DNA of 63,989 nt, filler included, from Sphaeroforma arctica JP610 (Eukaryota), in NCBI RefSeq assembly GCF_001186125.1. It is 4 parts of 2 records of this genome, joined end to end, with 100 filler letters (N's around TTAATTAATTAA, not from the genome) between each part and the next. Parts side by side here need not be neighbours in the genome. Positions count along the whole stretch, not along the records: positions 1 to 16,682 come from NW_014040551.1; positions 16,783 to 44,995 come from NW_014040550.1; 2 more parts are not named here. One strand, given 5' to 3'. The position numbers and the translations under genes are program-made. Each line of letters opens with the position of its first letter. Positions within the stretch are counted from its first letter, which is position 1. The notes under the pieces are model-generated. The model saw only the letters and a program-made list of their open reading frames with translations. It ran no database searches and was not told where the DNA came from. Of this stretch, positions 12,501-26,700 are shown piece by piece.

Positions 12501-15154
12501 CTGTAAACAGTTCTGTGCTCTCATACACTCTCCTTACTCTCGGGTCTCACATCAGACACGAGCTTCTCGACCAAAAACTTCAACTACTACGAAATGATTG
12601 CAGTTGTAATGATGAAATGTGCATTCACAACCTGTCCATACGTGTCGCACCCTAACATACTATGAATATACTATAGAAATACAGCACACACACAAAACAG
12701 ATACATAGATCTGACCGATATAGACTCCATAAACGCAGCACGCCGGTTCGCTTAGTACATATTTGTGAACAAAGCCTCCTCCTCACCTTGCAATGCGGGT
12801 AAGCTGCCAGCCAAGGGCTTTATATCGCTCAAGAAATTGTACGCCAGCGTGAGTGTCTGTATATTTGACAGGAACTGGAAGCGTACGGGTCGATGGAAGC
12901 GGGACAGAGACGCTATTTCGGCACGTGACAAATCAAGCGTTGGCTTGACATCGGTCGAGCGTGTGGGTGTGTTGTTGGGCGAGGACTCTTCGAACGGGGC
13001 GACGGGATCCGTTGTGAAGTATTTGAGGCGTTTGAGTACTGTGTGGGACGCAGACGAAGAATTGAGAACAGATGTGATGTTTGTCGGTCTGAATTTTTGT
13101 TATACCGGTAGTAGGCTAATTGAAGGCCAATAGTTTAGGCTGAGGTATATAGTCCAAACGTGTGGGACGCAGAAGTAAAAGCTAGGACAGATTCTCTTTC
13201 ACTGACTCGACTTTTGACTATATCGGTAGACATGATGTAGACCTGTAGTCAATATCGAGGTATATGGTCGATACTTGTGGGAATTAGAAGTTGGAACGAG
13301 ACTTGCGATGTTCACGGCGACGACAACAGGACGGGATAGATATTTACTAACGAGAAGTGCACTAGTATTTGGCCACCACACAAGCCAGCGAGGACGGGAG
13401 CCAAGCACATACACCCGCCGTTCAGCTGTTTCAAAGATTATTCCTATTTCGTGAACTCCTTGATTGTCGACCCCGTGAATAGCAAAGAGTTACGTGATTG
13501 GCATTTTACATCCCTACATATACCTTGATTTGAGTGCAAGTTGAGACCTTCTTGATCAGTGTAAGTGAACTCAACATGTGTCTAGTTGCCTACGTATCCT
13601 CTATATGTATGTCTGTGTATACCTAAATTTGAGGTTTCAGTGCCGGTTGCGATCTTTCTCAGGCCAGCAAGTGGCATATACGAGTCCAGAAGCTAAGTTA
13701 TCGCCTATACGCGTGCCTGTATGCCTTGATTGGAGTGTCGGTTGTGACCTTTCTAAAGTGTGCGGGTGAACTAAATGATCCTACTATATGATTGCTCTCT
13801 GTATACCTTGATTGGAGTGTGTGCTGCGACCTTCGAACTCGGGATGGTCTTGCCAGAATCCTGGCGACTTGCTAGCAGCCGTCCGTGGTGTCAAGGTCGT
13901 GGTAGGGTTGGTAGTCAGTTGGTCATTGATTGGCCCAACTTGTCTGTTAGGATAATGAAACAATACTGTCAGTCACTAGACTTGACTTAGTCAAATGATA
14001 TCCTGGTTCCATTCGAGCTACTCAGTCCTTTTACCCTTATACAGAGCAGACAGCTGCTCTCAAATACCCCAGAGCCTGGTATCTCCGCTCTCGGTTTCGA
14101 GTGGTATCGATTATTGCTGGCTACAACAGCGTAGGTAAATCGGTGCGATAGGCACCTCTCCCTTGCTACGACGATCACGAGGACGTCACGAGTGAAAAAC
14201 GCACAAACAACAGCACAACGTATGTGTAATGCTCATATATATATATATATATATATATCCATACATACATATATACATACATACATACATACATACATAC
14301 ATACATACATACATACATACATACATACATACATACATACATACATACANNNNNNNNNNNNNNNNNNNNNNNNNNNNNNNNNNNNNNNNNNNNNNNNNNN
14401 NNNNNNNNNNNNNNNNNNNNNNNNNNNNNNNNNNNNNNNNNNNNNNNNNNNNNNNNNNNNNNNNNNNNNNNNNNNNNNNNNNNNNNNNNNNNNNNNNNNN
14501 NNNNNNNNNNNNNNNNNNNNNNNNNNNNNNNNNNNNNNNNNNNNNNNNNNNNNNNNNNNNNNNNNNNNNNNNNNNNNNNNNNNNNNNNNNNNNNNNNNNN
14601 NNNNNNNNNNNNNNNNNNNNNNNNNNNNNNNNNNNNNNNNNNNNNNNNNNNNNNNNNNNNNNNNNNNNNNNNNNNNNNNNNNNNNNNNNNNNNNNNNNNN
14701 NNNNNNNNNNNNNNNNNNNNNNNNNNNNNNNNNNNNNNNNNNNNNNNNNNNNNNNNNNNNNNNNNNNNNNNNNNNNNNNNNNNNNNNNNNNNNNNNNNNN
14801 NNNNNNNNNNNNNNNNNNNNNNNNNNNNNNNNNNNNNNNNNNNNNNNNNNNNNNNNNNNNNNNNNNNNNNNNNNNNNNNNNNNNNNNNNNNNNNNNNNNN
14901 NNNNNNNNNNNNNNNNNNNNNNNNNNNNNNNNNNNNNNNNNNNNNNNNNNNNNNNNNNNNNNNNNNNNNNNNNNNNNNNNNNNNNNNNNNNNNNNNNNNN
15001 NNNNNNNNNNNNNNNNNNNNNNNNNNNNNNNNNNNNNNNNNNNNNNNNNNNNNNNNNNNNNNNNNNNNNNNNNNNNNNNNNNNNNNNNNNNNNNNNNNNN
15101 NNNNNNNNNNNNNNNNNNNNNNNNNNNNNNNNNNNNNNNNNNNNNNNGTATATA

Positions 15155-15195
<41 letters not shown>

Positions 15196-16617
15196 TTGTG
15201 TGTATTTGTGTGAGTGTGCGTGTTTATCTGTGAGTGAGTGAGTGTGTTTCTGTGTGAGTGTGTATGTGTGCATTTACTCACCCGCGTCGGCTGACTGAAC
15301 ATGCCCTCCAGCCCCAGCGGCCGGGCCTCTTCCTTTTTCTTTGAGCCACGTGTGTTGATACCCGTTGCATCGCTGTGTGCTTCGTGCCCGGATGGCGCAT
15401 GGTTAATTCGCATTGTGTGCGATGGTGAATATCCCTGTGAGGTACAATTATGCACACCTGAAGCATACGCCTCGTTGGTCGCGGGTGGCGCCTCGTTGCT
15501 AGACGCCTGTATACAGTGAAAGGTATGTGCGTATGGAATGCGAGGCAGTTGGTGAGAGTGGCGGATGGGAACGAGAGGGGCACTTAAAGTCACAGCTGAA
15601 GATCAGGCGGAACAGCTCCACTGCTGAGACCAATAAACAGTGCGGATGAAGCGTTTCACACCGAGCCAGAGGACAGTCATGTGTATATTCTCTACTAAGC
15701 AGAATTGGGTTCTTGAAACACTTAAAAGGACCTGTACATACACCTACTCGGAAGTGAACAGACCTCATATGGCTAGCATCTGAAAGATCCTCGCAATTTT
15801 AAGCGCTAACATAATCGTACAACCTGTGCTGCGCAACGACACGTCCTACTTCAGTCATACCCCCCTACACCCTCACACATTCAACATATATATGGATGTG
15901 TGCGTACGAATAAATATGTTTGAGCATTCAATATATATTATATTATATTATATTATATTATATTATATTATATATATATATGAGTGAGTGAGTGAGTGAG
16001 TGAGTGAGTGAGTGAGAGTGAGTGAGTGTGTATGTGTGTGTGCATGAGAGTACGTGTGTGTGTCTATGCGTGTGCATGCGTGTGTGTGTGTGTTTGGAGA
16101 GAGAGAGTGTGTGTGTTTGGAGAGAGAGAGTGTATGTGTGTTTGTATATATATAAATTTATCTATAAATAATACATAGGTACAAAGAGTCACAGTCATAC
16201 ATACCGGGGGCGGACGCTTGAACATCTCCTCGATCTGCAGACCACGCGAGTCGAACATGCCCTGGAACTGATGGTTCTTGAAGTCCATCTCGGGTTTGGC
16301 CCTAGCGTTGGGATTGTGGCGTGTGGTGGGGTTCGTATTGACTGTACGCATGACCACTGAGCCGTTGTCTACCATACTGTCGGCTTCGCTGAAGTCCTCT
16401 GATGGATAGAAGTGAGACGCTTGGGATGAGATACAGCAACTGAAATCGGGACAGTAGTAGTTGAGTACATGTCAATTGTGCATGACTAGTTGACAAAGCA
16501 TCCGATTTGTTAAGGCATCAGATTTGATCAAATGTATCCGGTAGGCATCAAACTGTGTGACGTGGCCAATCAATGCTCTAACGAACTAAAATAATTGTAT
16601 TTATTTATGTATATACG

Positions 16618-16651
<34 letters not shown>

Positions 16652-17444
16652 NATATATAAATATATATTNTATATATATACTNNNNNNNNNNNNNNNNNN
16701 NNNNNNNNNNNNNNNNNNNNNNNNNNTTAATTAATTAANNNNNNNNNNNNNNNNNNNNNNNNNNNNNNNNNNNNNNNNNNNNGTATGTGTATAGGTAAGT
16801 GTATGTGTATGTGTATGTTTATGTGTAGCGTATGTGTACGTGCTCATGTACGGGTACGTGTACGTGTATGTGTGTGTGAGTACTTGGTTTTGTTTGTATT
16901 TGATGGTGTACGTTGGTGCGTTTCTTGGTGTGTGTGTGTATAGTAGTGCGTAAGTGAGTTTGTAAATGCTGCTATATATATATATATATATACGTGCATT
17001 TACATACTCACTTTTGAATATATGTATATATATGAGTGTGTGTGTGTGTATTTGTGTTTTTGCGTGTTTTCGTTTGTGTTATTTTGTGTGTGTGCTTGTG
17101 TGTGTGTTCATGTGTGTGTATAAATTTGCGTGTGTGTTCATGTGTATGTTTTTTGTGTTTGTGTTTGTGTGTGTGTGTGTGTGCTTGTGCGCTTGTGTGT
17201 ATGTGAGTATGTGAGTGTGCGTGTATGTGTGTATTTATTTATGAATGCATGTGTGTGTGTGTTTTTTTGTATTGTTTTGTATCTAGACGTTTATTCCTCG
17301 AAAATATATATGCATTTGAACGAAGCACGACTAACCAATACGAGCGTTCAGGGGGTTGTATATAATGAGCTTACCTTCAAACTCCAACACTCGGTCCACG
17401 GCCTCTTCGTGTCCATACAGTATATTGTCGTAGACAGTCTGCAT
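4978..17444 (-). CDS. Multi-exon leucine-rich repeat protein with long disordered linker and C-terminal PARP-like (ART-fold) domain
   Basis: GT-AG exons approx. 17375-17444, 16205-16398, 15282-15506, (exon(s) missing near gap), 12787-13038, 12183-12355, 11521-11705, 11162-11313, 9584-10341, ~9185-9272, 6839-9017, 4978-6336; phases are consistent except across the gap. LRR motifs IQTLTLAYNFLSDI, VLDLSYNQLT, LRWLSLDGNDF, ALSLRNNEL, LQDLNVDSNSI, LRVLDLSNNHY, LAYLDTRDNPF. Start codon uncertain. Confidence 0.8.
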
Positions 17445-18818
17445 TTCATCGCCTACTCTTTCGCCTCGGAATAAAATACTCTTGTTTCTCAATGCTTGCG
17501 TCTGGTTTGGACTGAGATGAATGCGATCCTAGATCAACAGCGAACACTCTATATGAGCATAGATATGATCAAATGTTCAACAAGATATACAGGTGTATAC
17601 GCTTTTCATGTATTTATGTAGTAAACATAAAAAACTATCATAGCCGTCAAAAAACACTAAAAAATGAACTACAACAGTGTGTAAATAAATACTATTCTTG
17701 TGATTATTCAAAAAGACCTGACGCTTTTTTTTGTCCGTCTAGAACTCTAAATATGACTCTAAACTCTAAAGCATATTATTTTAATATCAATATTTATAGT
17801 CTAAAATAGTAAATACAACTCTACTGTTTTTAAAAACAAATTATAATACAGTACACACTATTTAGGATTAGCACTCAATTTTTCTTAAGCAGTGTGTGAC
17901 ACTGGGAGCAGCAAAAGCAAATAAAATATGTTTTTTCTACAAATATAGAAAACAAATTTTTTTTTTTTGGCTTTTGGTTTGTTGTGTTTTTTTCTAAACA
18001 ACAAATATACTTGCTTTTTTTACAAAATATATATAGAAGAAAAAGAACAGGCCTGTTTTTTTTACAACAAAATACAATATTGATGTACAAGATAAACGTT
18101 TCACGTTTAACGCGAACGTATACTTTTTTACATGTTTTTGGTTTTGTAAAAAAAATTATCAAAAATAGTCCTGGGCTCTTCTGGCTCACAATCAGAGTTC
18201 AGGCACAGTAAATAAATACAGAATATTTTGAAAATAAATAGTAGGCCTGGTCGCCTGGAATACCTCTTTTTTTTTTAACTTGAATATATTTAGAAAAAAA
18301 TATATACACCATTACAACTTCACACAACAAGAGAGGGAATTGATGAGTCTCGTCACAGACCTGGCTGACTTTTGGTATTTATTTATTTTATTGATGCGGC
18401 TCCGAGACCGACCGCCCAAGTCCCCACGGGGCCAAGAGATGAAGAGAAGGCCGAGGCCCCGAGGGCCGAGAGTTTATTTATTGTATGTGTATGGTTCAAC
18501 GACTATCAGATATGTATGGTTATTAAATAAATCCAGAAGCTACTATAGATGCGTGAGTGGATTTTTTTAATAGGTCCGGCGTCAGCTGACAAATGCCTCT
18601 CTGTCTAAATAGACTCATGGAGGCTGAGGCGCTGTAAACCCTCTCATACACATACACACAAGAAGGCTCGTGCATCTCCCCAGAGGTGATTTTAAATTGA
18701 TAGCTGGGCTCCGGCAGTTTATCTAAAGGATCTTTATTGAATCGAAAGTATAATATATGTAAACTTTAGTACTCCCCTTTATTTATTAAATGCAACGCGG
18801 CAAGTTTTGACTCATTGT

Positions 18819-19050
18819 TTTGTATCTGTATAAAAGTAAACGGTAGTGTCTGCACAAGTTGACGGTTATCAGCAGATTTGTATCTGTATAAAAGTAAACG
18901 GTAGTGTCTGCACAAGTTGACGGTTATCAGCAGATTTGTATCTGTATAAAAGTAAACGGTAGTGTCTGCACAAGTTGACGGTTATCAGCAGATTTGTATC
19001 TGTATAAAAGTAAACGGTAGTGTCCGCACAAGTTGACGGTTATCAGCAGA
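18819..19050. repeat. 58-bp tandem repeat x4
   Basis: tttgtatctgtataaaagtaaacggtagtgtctgcacaagttgacggttatcagcaga at 18819, 18877, 18935, 18993; one mismatch in the last copy. Confidence 0.97.
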
Positions 19051-19931
19051 ATGGCGAGCAAAAGGTGCCCCAAGAACAAAGCTGCCTTGCATGGAAGCCA
19101 CGTGTTCACTTTCCGTATGTTTTGTTGTATATCGCCCAACTATCGATTGACTATTACTACAGAAAGCAACTGTGACATTGTATTAATGGTATTCTTGTAT
19201 TGATGTATCACTATATCAATACAGTTACTTTGAGAAGTACTTTTAGGGTGTTAGTAGGATGAGAGCACCCATTCATTTTCCGTATGTTGTTCATCGCAAG
19301 TGTCTGTAAAGTAAACTTTTAATACCACAGAAGCTTTAATATCATCCCAAATGACCTTTTCGAACACGCCCGTACTACAGAGTGCAACTGTTACATTGCA
19401 TCTGAGTTGTTCGTGTATCAAAAGACTCTAATAGGATGAGAGCATATGTTCGTACGAGCTAATCTTCGTCCAAAAAAATCGAAAGCCAGTTCAACACGTT
19501 AGATTCTGCCGTTTGTGTTGTTTCATAAATTGTACCCAGTAGCCTCAAGGGAATGGTTAGCCTATTGAAAATACTTGCACTTGTATTGAGAACAATTCAA
19601 TATTCCTGTACAATGGCACATACTTACTTGAGGATACAGTCGTACGAGTATATGCCCTTAACTGCGTTCGCATAGCCTTCAATCAGCGCTTAAATTCATA
19701 TGGGAACAAAGATTAACTCTGAGACGCTCGTATAAGGGGAAGTACTGATGGTTTTGCAGTTGTCGATTGATCAGACCTAACAATGTGCGACATAGACACA
19801 CGAAGCTATTGCTTGTCCTCTCTGACAGATAGTGTATATCATTGCGTTACCAGTCCTTACATACCCAAGTCATTCAGTACTGCGAGAGACGAGAAGTACT
19901 TGGCAATTCAAAACATATATAACCACTTCAG

Positions 19932-20234
19932 GTAATAGTGACGCTGCTTCGAGCTCTGAGGTCGGTGGATCAGATCAAGGAGAAAATACACGCTTTATAG
20001 AGTTTGTAGAATATGACCACGCGCACTACGATGGCTCCTACGAAGCAATCAAGGCGTCTTATGGTATGTATCACTCGCGTTTGGTGAATATCGAAATCTT
20101 TCTGAAATATTTGTTAGGCATAGATATATCGTGTTAGATCCAAATTTTTTAACTTAATTTTAACATGTCCAGCTTTGCATTAACTCACTTCTGGCCGAAT
20201 ACATATATGGGTGTATACGAACTCACGTACACTC

Positions 20235-20271
<37 letters not shown>

Positions 20272-20342
20272 TATATAAATATATAATCTATCTGTCTATT
20301 ATCTATAAAATCAATTTATATCTATATATCTATCTATATATC

Positions 20343-20383
<41 letters not shown>

Positions 20384-20478
20384 TATATTTACATATATAT
20401 AAATATGTATGTATATAAATATATATATATGTGTGTGTGTCGTGTGTGTGTGTGCGTGTGTGTGTGTGTGTGTGTATG

Positions 20479-20553
<75 letters not shown>

Positions 20554-20678
20554 GGTAGGTAGGTGGGTGTGTGGGTGTGGTTGTGTGTGTGTGTGCGTGT
20601 ATATATATATTTATATATATTTAAATACATATATATATATACATATATATATATAGCGTGTATATAGTGTATATAGTG

Positions 20679-20732
<54 letters not shown>

Positions 20733-23700
20733 CGTGTGTGTGTGTTTGTGTTATATATATTTATATATTTATGACGTGTTGTGTCGGAGGCTCGTGTATT
20801 GCAGTTTTACTAGTATATATAGCGACACTGTGTGTATGTTATGCTGTTGTGTTAAAATTGAGCAAACTTGTCACGTCCATCGGCAATAGCATTTCCTAAG
20901 GACAAGGATGGCTGGAAGAAGGCGGCGCAAAAGAAGTTTCCTTGTACGAAGTGGATTCCTTCGTATCAGTGGCGTAGCTGGATCGTAGTAGATCTGATTG
21001 CTGGTAAGTAGACTTCAGCTTAAGGTGCACTTGAGTTTCTCTCTAACTACTATGGTATCCCCACACACGTCTTTTGTCAAATAGATGTAGGTTTTGTATT
21101 AACGATGTTCAGCATGTCTACGAAGTATATCAAGGACATTAATTTTACATGTATATAGGTTGTCCACAATTTCATTGTCTGTGCAGCCGGTCAGCTAATT
21201 TTGTAAATTTATCATGAATAGCATCACTGTTCCAGGCCGTTAGCGGGATTATCAGCGAATGGAACCCATTTGTGTTATTGACAAATGTTCTCTCTCTTTA
21301 ATACGTGTATATGATGTACGGCATTTCTGGTCATATCTTCAACAACACAGACGAAATTCCAAACGATTCTGCCTTCAGTTACTATTAAAATCCTGCGTTT
21401 TTTCGCTCGGCTTATATACAGCAGATTTATATATAAGCATTATCTCCGTATACTGAGCTGCCTGATGCACAAATCTTATTCAAATCCTTGGTCGTGAGCT
21501 GATTCTCTGAACACAACAGAATCTTGTATTGTTGTGTGTTGTGTAACTGGTCCAGCCCTGCCCACAACTGCGTCCTCCCAATATTCATTTGTGACTAGGA
21601 ATAGCACTTTTGTAGATCACGATCTTATCTTTTAAACTTGGCGTGTGTACATCATCCATAGTCACATCAGGTCCTTCTATACATCTTCTCTTGCGTAAGC
21701 AATGAAATTATTACACCATAGAACCACCTGTGCACTTACTATACAAAGAAAACTGTGATATCAGCTGGCCTTGTCTAAACATATCCTATTTCACACTATT
21801 CTCTACACCCATGTTGCGTAGGTATAACGTTGTCTGTCATGATGCTGCCTCAGGGAGTTGCGTTCGCGTCGCTGGCTGGAGTACCGCCTCAATATGGTAT
21901 GTGATATGCAGATTTTCACGACACGGTTTGTGGGACACTTTCTCCTGTAGAACACATGGTCTGCAGAACGGCCCGTGTTGCGCCTTCTGATGATGTATGA
22001 CTTGTGTTCAGTGTCCTGAGTTCTTACGGTATGTTATACGCAGTCTCTCGCGATGCATCAGCTGACAGACGACTGTGTTAAGAATTGTGTTCCAACCTCT
22101 GCATTTATTATAGCATATATATTCGTGAAAACGACAAAATGCCATCGCAATGGTAGTGTGATCTCAAAAATTTAATTTGCGACAATCATCTTTTTTTGCT
22201 GCATCAGGGCACATCAAGCTCATCACATTAGTTGAAGCCGTAAACTACAGTTCTATCTTTGTCAGGATGTTATGGACGGAGTAGTACACAGCCCGTTTCA
22301 TGCGCTTACACCGGAAACTGAGTTAATATTTGTGTTCACTGCCCACTTAGGTTTTTGACATGCTTGTATGTATTGTCGGCTTTAAAGCTTATTTGTGTTA
22401 TGCTGAAATAATCGTATGCTTCAACGATGTGCTTATCCATCCTCGAGACTGTTTTATTATTGCACCTATACGTTCATACAATCTCCATCATTGGTTCAAA
22501 CATCGCACCCGCAGGATTGTACACGTGCGTGTTCCCTCCTTTAGTCTACGCATTCCTGGGCACATCCAGGGAGCTATCCATCGGTCCTTTCGGACTCACG
22601 TCACTTATGGTTGGCCAGGTAGGTATATAATGTGGAGACATATATTTGTTATCTGTACACGCTGTACATCAATTTAGCTAATAGGAGTGGAAGTCATCCC
22701 TGGAAACTGCGGAATATTCTCACAGTAATGATGTATGCATGCACAAGTTGAAAATTTCGTCGGCGTGGAAGTTATCCATTTTATTCGCTTTCGTCGCACT
22801 CTCGATCGGAATCTCTGATCACAATCCACACTACTTGCACTAAGTGTTTTCACATTTAGATGTCAGTAGGGTTGCGACACATGCTTTTGGGGTTGCGTAT
22901 GTTCAAATTTCATGCACAAAGGATCGGTGGTGCATAAGTGTAATCATATAGTCTCCGATCTTCACTTCCAGCTGGCCGACAACTCACTTAATATCTTCTC
23001 TAGGGTGTAGCTGCAGCGCTAGACGGCGGAGTACCCGGAAGCGACGAGTTCATAGCCTATGCTGTCACAACGACCTTCGTAGTGGGACTGTATCTATTTA
23101 TAGCCGGCCTGCTCAAGTTGGGGTTTATCACCATATACATGAGTACCCCCGTAATACGGTCTTTCACCACTGGAGCTGCCATTGGTATCGCCACGAGTCA
23201 GTTGAGCAGTTTGTTCCAGATCAACACCCCGAACTATGATGATCCCTTTGCTAATCCACAGGAATGGTGGTACATCGTCACGCATCTGGGCACTACGAAT
23301 GCATGGTATGTAGTTTCTTTGTATGGGTTGTTCTTTGTTTTGCTGTAGTTGCAGCGTTGCCTTGTATGAGGCTATATCGCTCGCAACTGGAGTAGGCATC
23401 TGTATCATTGCCATCGAATTAAATATAAATAGGTCTGATCGTACGAACACTGACCGTCACACAAAGCAACATGCTAGTATGGCACGTATTCTGCAAACCC
23501 AGCTCGCAGATACACTAAACACTGGCTCCAATAAATTGTGGGAATTTTTTTTTGCGGCAATAACGAAACTATGAAAAGTTGAATAATTATCCATCTTCTA
23601 TGATTGTGTCATTGCAGGTCTGTAGGTATCGGAATTGTTTCCATGATATTCATCTACATCACTAAACTGTTGAATGAAAAGTATAAGACAAAGATGAGGA

Positions 23701-26700
23701 ATATCCCGATACCCGGAGAGCTCATAGTTGTCGTTGCTGCAATTATACTGTCGTATATTGCAGGACTGGACGAAAAGGTGGGACATCTGGTGAATTCTGA
23801 ATATATTTTTCGGTCTAATTAGTTAGCTATGGGAGTGAGTGGTGCACTGTGTTTGCAAAGTACAGTGATGTATGTCTTAAATACGCCTCATTATATGATG
23901 CTTCTTTGCTATCATTCCCCATTACAAATGTCGGAATATTCAGCTCGCATGCGTAAATATCAATATGGGCCAAAATCGCCTTTACAGTGCTGTATGCACG
24001 CTATATTACTACAAACTTAATCTAGCACCTACACTTGATCTACATACTACGCACAGGGTGTGGCCGTGATAGGAGATATTCCGCAAGGTTTGCCCGCACC
24101 CTCTCTGCCACCCTTCGGATCGGTAGACATAGTCAAAGTAGCTCAGCTTGCAATGCCAGTTGCACTGGTAGACTATATGGTATCTGTAGGTGTGGCTAAA
24201 AGTCTCGCATTGAGAGGTCAATATAAAGCCAGGTACATGCACATGATTGAGTGGCTGCTGTGAAATGCGAGTGTTGTACCTTCGAAAATATTTGTTTGAT
24301 GTTTAAAGTTACGCAGATTACTATTGATAGTGTTAGTTTCAGCTGTATGTGCACCACCACTGCTTGTAGACTGAGATTCAGAGTCTGCATCAGTTCTAAG
24401 TCACATAACGAGTCCAAGATTAGACCCCTACATTCTTGGGGTTCTGTCCTGACTACCACATGGCCGTCGCGAAGCTCGCCTGATTCAGTTTCTAAGGTCA
24501 TTTAATATGTATTGATCAGAATTGCCACACTACTATTCCCAACCACTTTATAATGTAGCTCCAACCAGGAGTTCATAGCACTGGGAGCGACCAATATCGT
24601 GGGATCCTTCTTCGGGTGTATTGCGGCATCTGCCTCTCTATCACGAACATCTGTAGTCGCGTCTATTGGAGCCAAATCACAATTGCCAAGCATCGTTGCT
24701 GCCTTGATTGTCATAGTAAGTATATATCAACACTGTCATAGTACGTGTATAGCATCACTTTATAATCGTGTCGGGGTGGTCTGCATTGCGGAACAATATT
24801 TTTTTAATGTAACCTGACGTATGCGAGTCGGCCATACATAATTGTGGACACACTTCATATGTTCGAAGCGGCTTTTTCTTCCTGCAAGAAGTTATTGAGG
24901 TGTAATTGGATTTGATCTCATATGAAACCATCCTTGTGGGTAAAAAATATTAGTGTTTTTCGATATCGAATACCAAGGATTTTATTATTTTCATTAGCTT
25001 TCCGATACTAACAAAAAAAAATGCCTTTTTTATCCCCAACGATTCCAGGTTGTTTTATACTGTCTCACCAGTGTCTTCTTTTATCTGCCAAAGAGTGTGC
25101 TAGCAGCCATCATCATTGTTGGTTTGAGGTATGTGGAAATGTATATGTGCCTTGGGAAACTGTATAACGTGGAAAGTATTTTTTGTATTGGGAGATCATG
25201 AACCTAAATGCCACAATCATTTTGTTCCGTATGTAGCACCTTGATCATGAATATGGACCACTGGGCGCACGTATATGGTGGCCATGTGCGATTTTATTTT
25301 ACAACCAGACTCCCAAGTGCGACAACAACTTTTCCGGTGTAAAATGTGCTTCATAAAAAAATGTTTCTCGACAATCAACGCCGGACTAGTCTTTTAGTGA
25401 ATTGTAAGCCGTAGGGTACACTTTACCGGCAGGAACGTGTACCTGTAGAGCATATTCAGCACATTTTCACAACAGTATTGCATATCGCCAGCATGCTCAG
25501 CGCTTGATTATCAAGAGTGGACAATGGGGAAGGGGGGGTTGGATATAGAGCCTATTTCTATTGAATGAATCCAGATTTCTGAATCGGTTTAATACGCAAC
25601 GTACAAGGGTAGTGATGTAAGAATTACTTACCGCCTCAAATGTCAATGTGCAGAGGAATGTTCAAGCAGCACAGGGATCTCATCACCCTGTGGCGATCGA
25701 GCAAAAGTGAATGGCTTGTGTGGATATGTACATATTTGGCTACCATTTTGCTGGGTATCACAGTTGGTCTCATAGTTGGGTATGTCTCTTCCTTATTGAG
25801 CATTTTTCTGAAGATGGTTTCTATTTCATAAGCGATTACCAAACCACACGATTTTGCAAGCTTATTTGCCACGCGTGATTGCCACATTTCCCTTTTGTAT
25901 ATAGTTGCTCACCTCACTCCTTTCGTCTGCGGCAGGGTTGTATTGGCGCTTTTGGTAGTTGTATACTGGATTTCTCGGCCACGTGTATCGCAGCTGGGGT
26001 ACCACAAGGTTAGTCAAGAGCCCTGCTTAACAATGTTTGCTTGGATTTGTCTTTTGTGGGCTGTTAGAAGTCCTCGTTTCCCAATGACGTGTTGAATGAT
26101 ATATGTATTGCGTTTTGATCGGTCTTTAGTGGTGCTCAAAATTCTACTCAACTTCATCAACTCTGGAAGTCTCTCTTTGATATCTGAGGTTGGATGTGGT
26201 TATTGATGACTATACGCAACAGTGACACATATGTAGTTGGCTATCCGAAGTGCTATGCTCACAACTTCATCTCAATTCAAAATTGTTTCCACAGTATTAA
26301 TATCAGTTTTGAATTTTGAGTGAGTAATGTTTGCCGAATCGGTAGCGGATAGTCCATTTCATAAGGTGTAGAGCTCCCAAACTCCAATAATTTCAATGGC
26401 AACACGTTGCAACTCCCCGCTTCACATTGCTTCTCACACCGAACTGAGCTTTTATCATTTCTGAATTCACAGCAATCGGGAATGTACCGTGACTTACATC
26501 GAACTCAGTGCGACACAATTGACAAGTGTTTGGTATGGAGGTATGTTACTGAATCAATGCCATCGGTCCAAAGGACACTTGCTTGTAAACGTATTAGTAT
26601 TCGTTCAAGGATTCTTGAGTTGTGATCCCTTATAGGGTAGTGTGCGAAGGAGTGTAGACCCTGGTGCAGATGCTATCTATTATCGCATCAAATCCAAGAA

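Noticed and set aside
13040..13835. Short intronic duplications (tgtgggacgcag twice; ccttgatt.gagtg..gacctt three times)
   Set aside because: Ordinary degenerate local duplications; the second acceptor-like copy lacks the AG.
16727..16738. TTAATTAATTAA islands inside N runs (also 45040-45051, 59773-59784)
   Set aside because: Identical palindromic all-frame stop linker centred in gaps; an assembly spacer, not biology.
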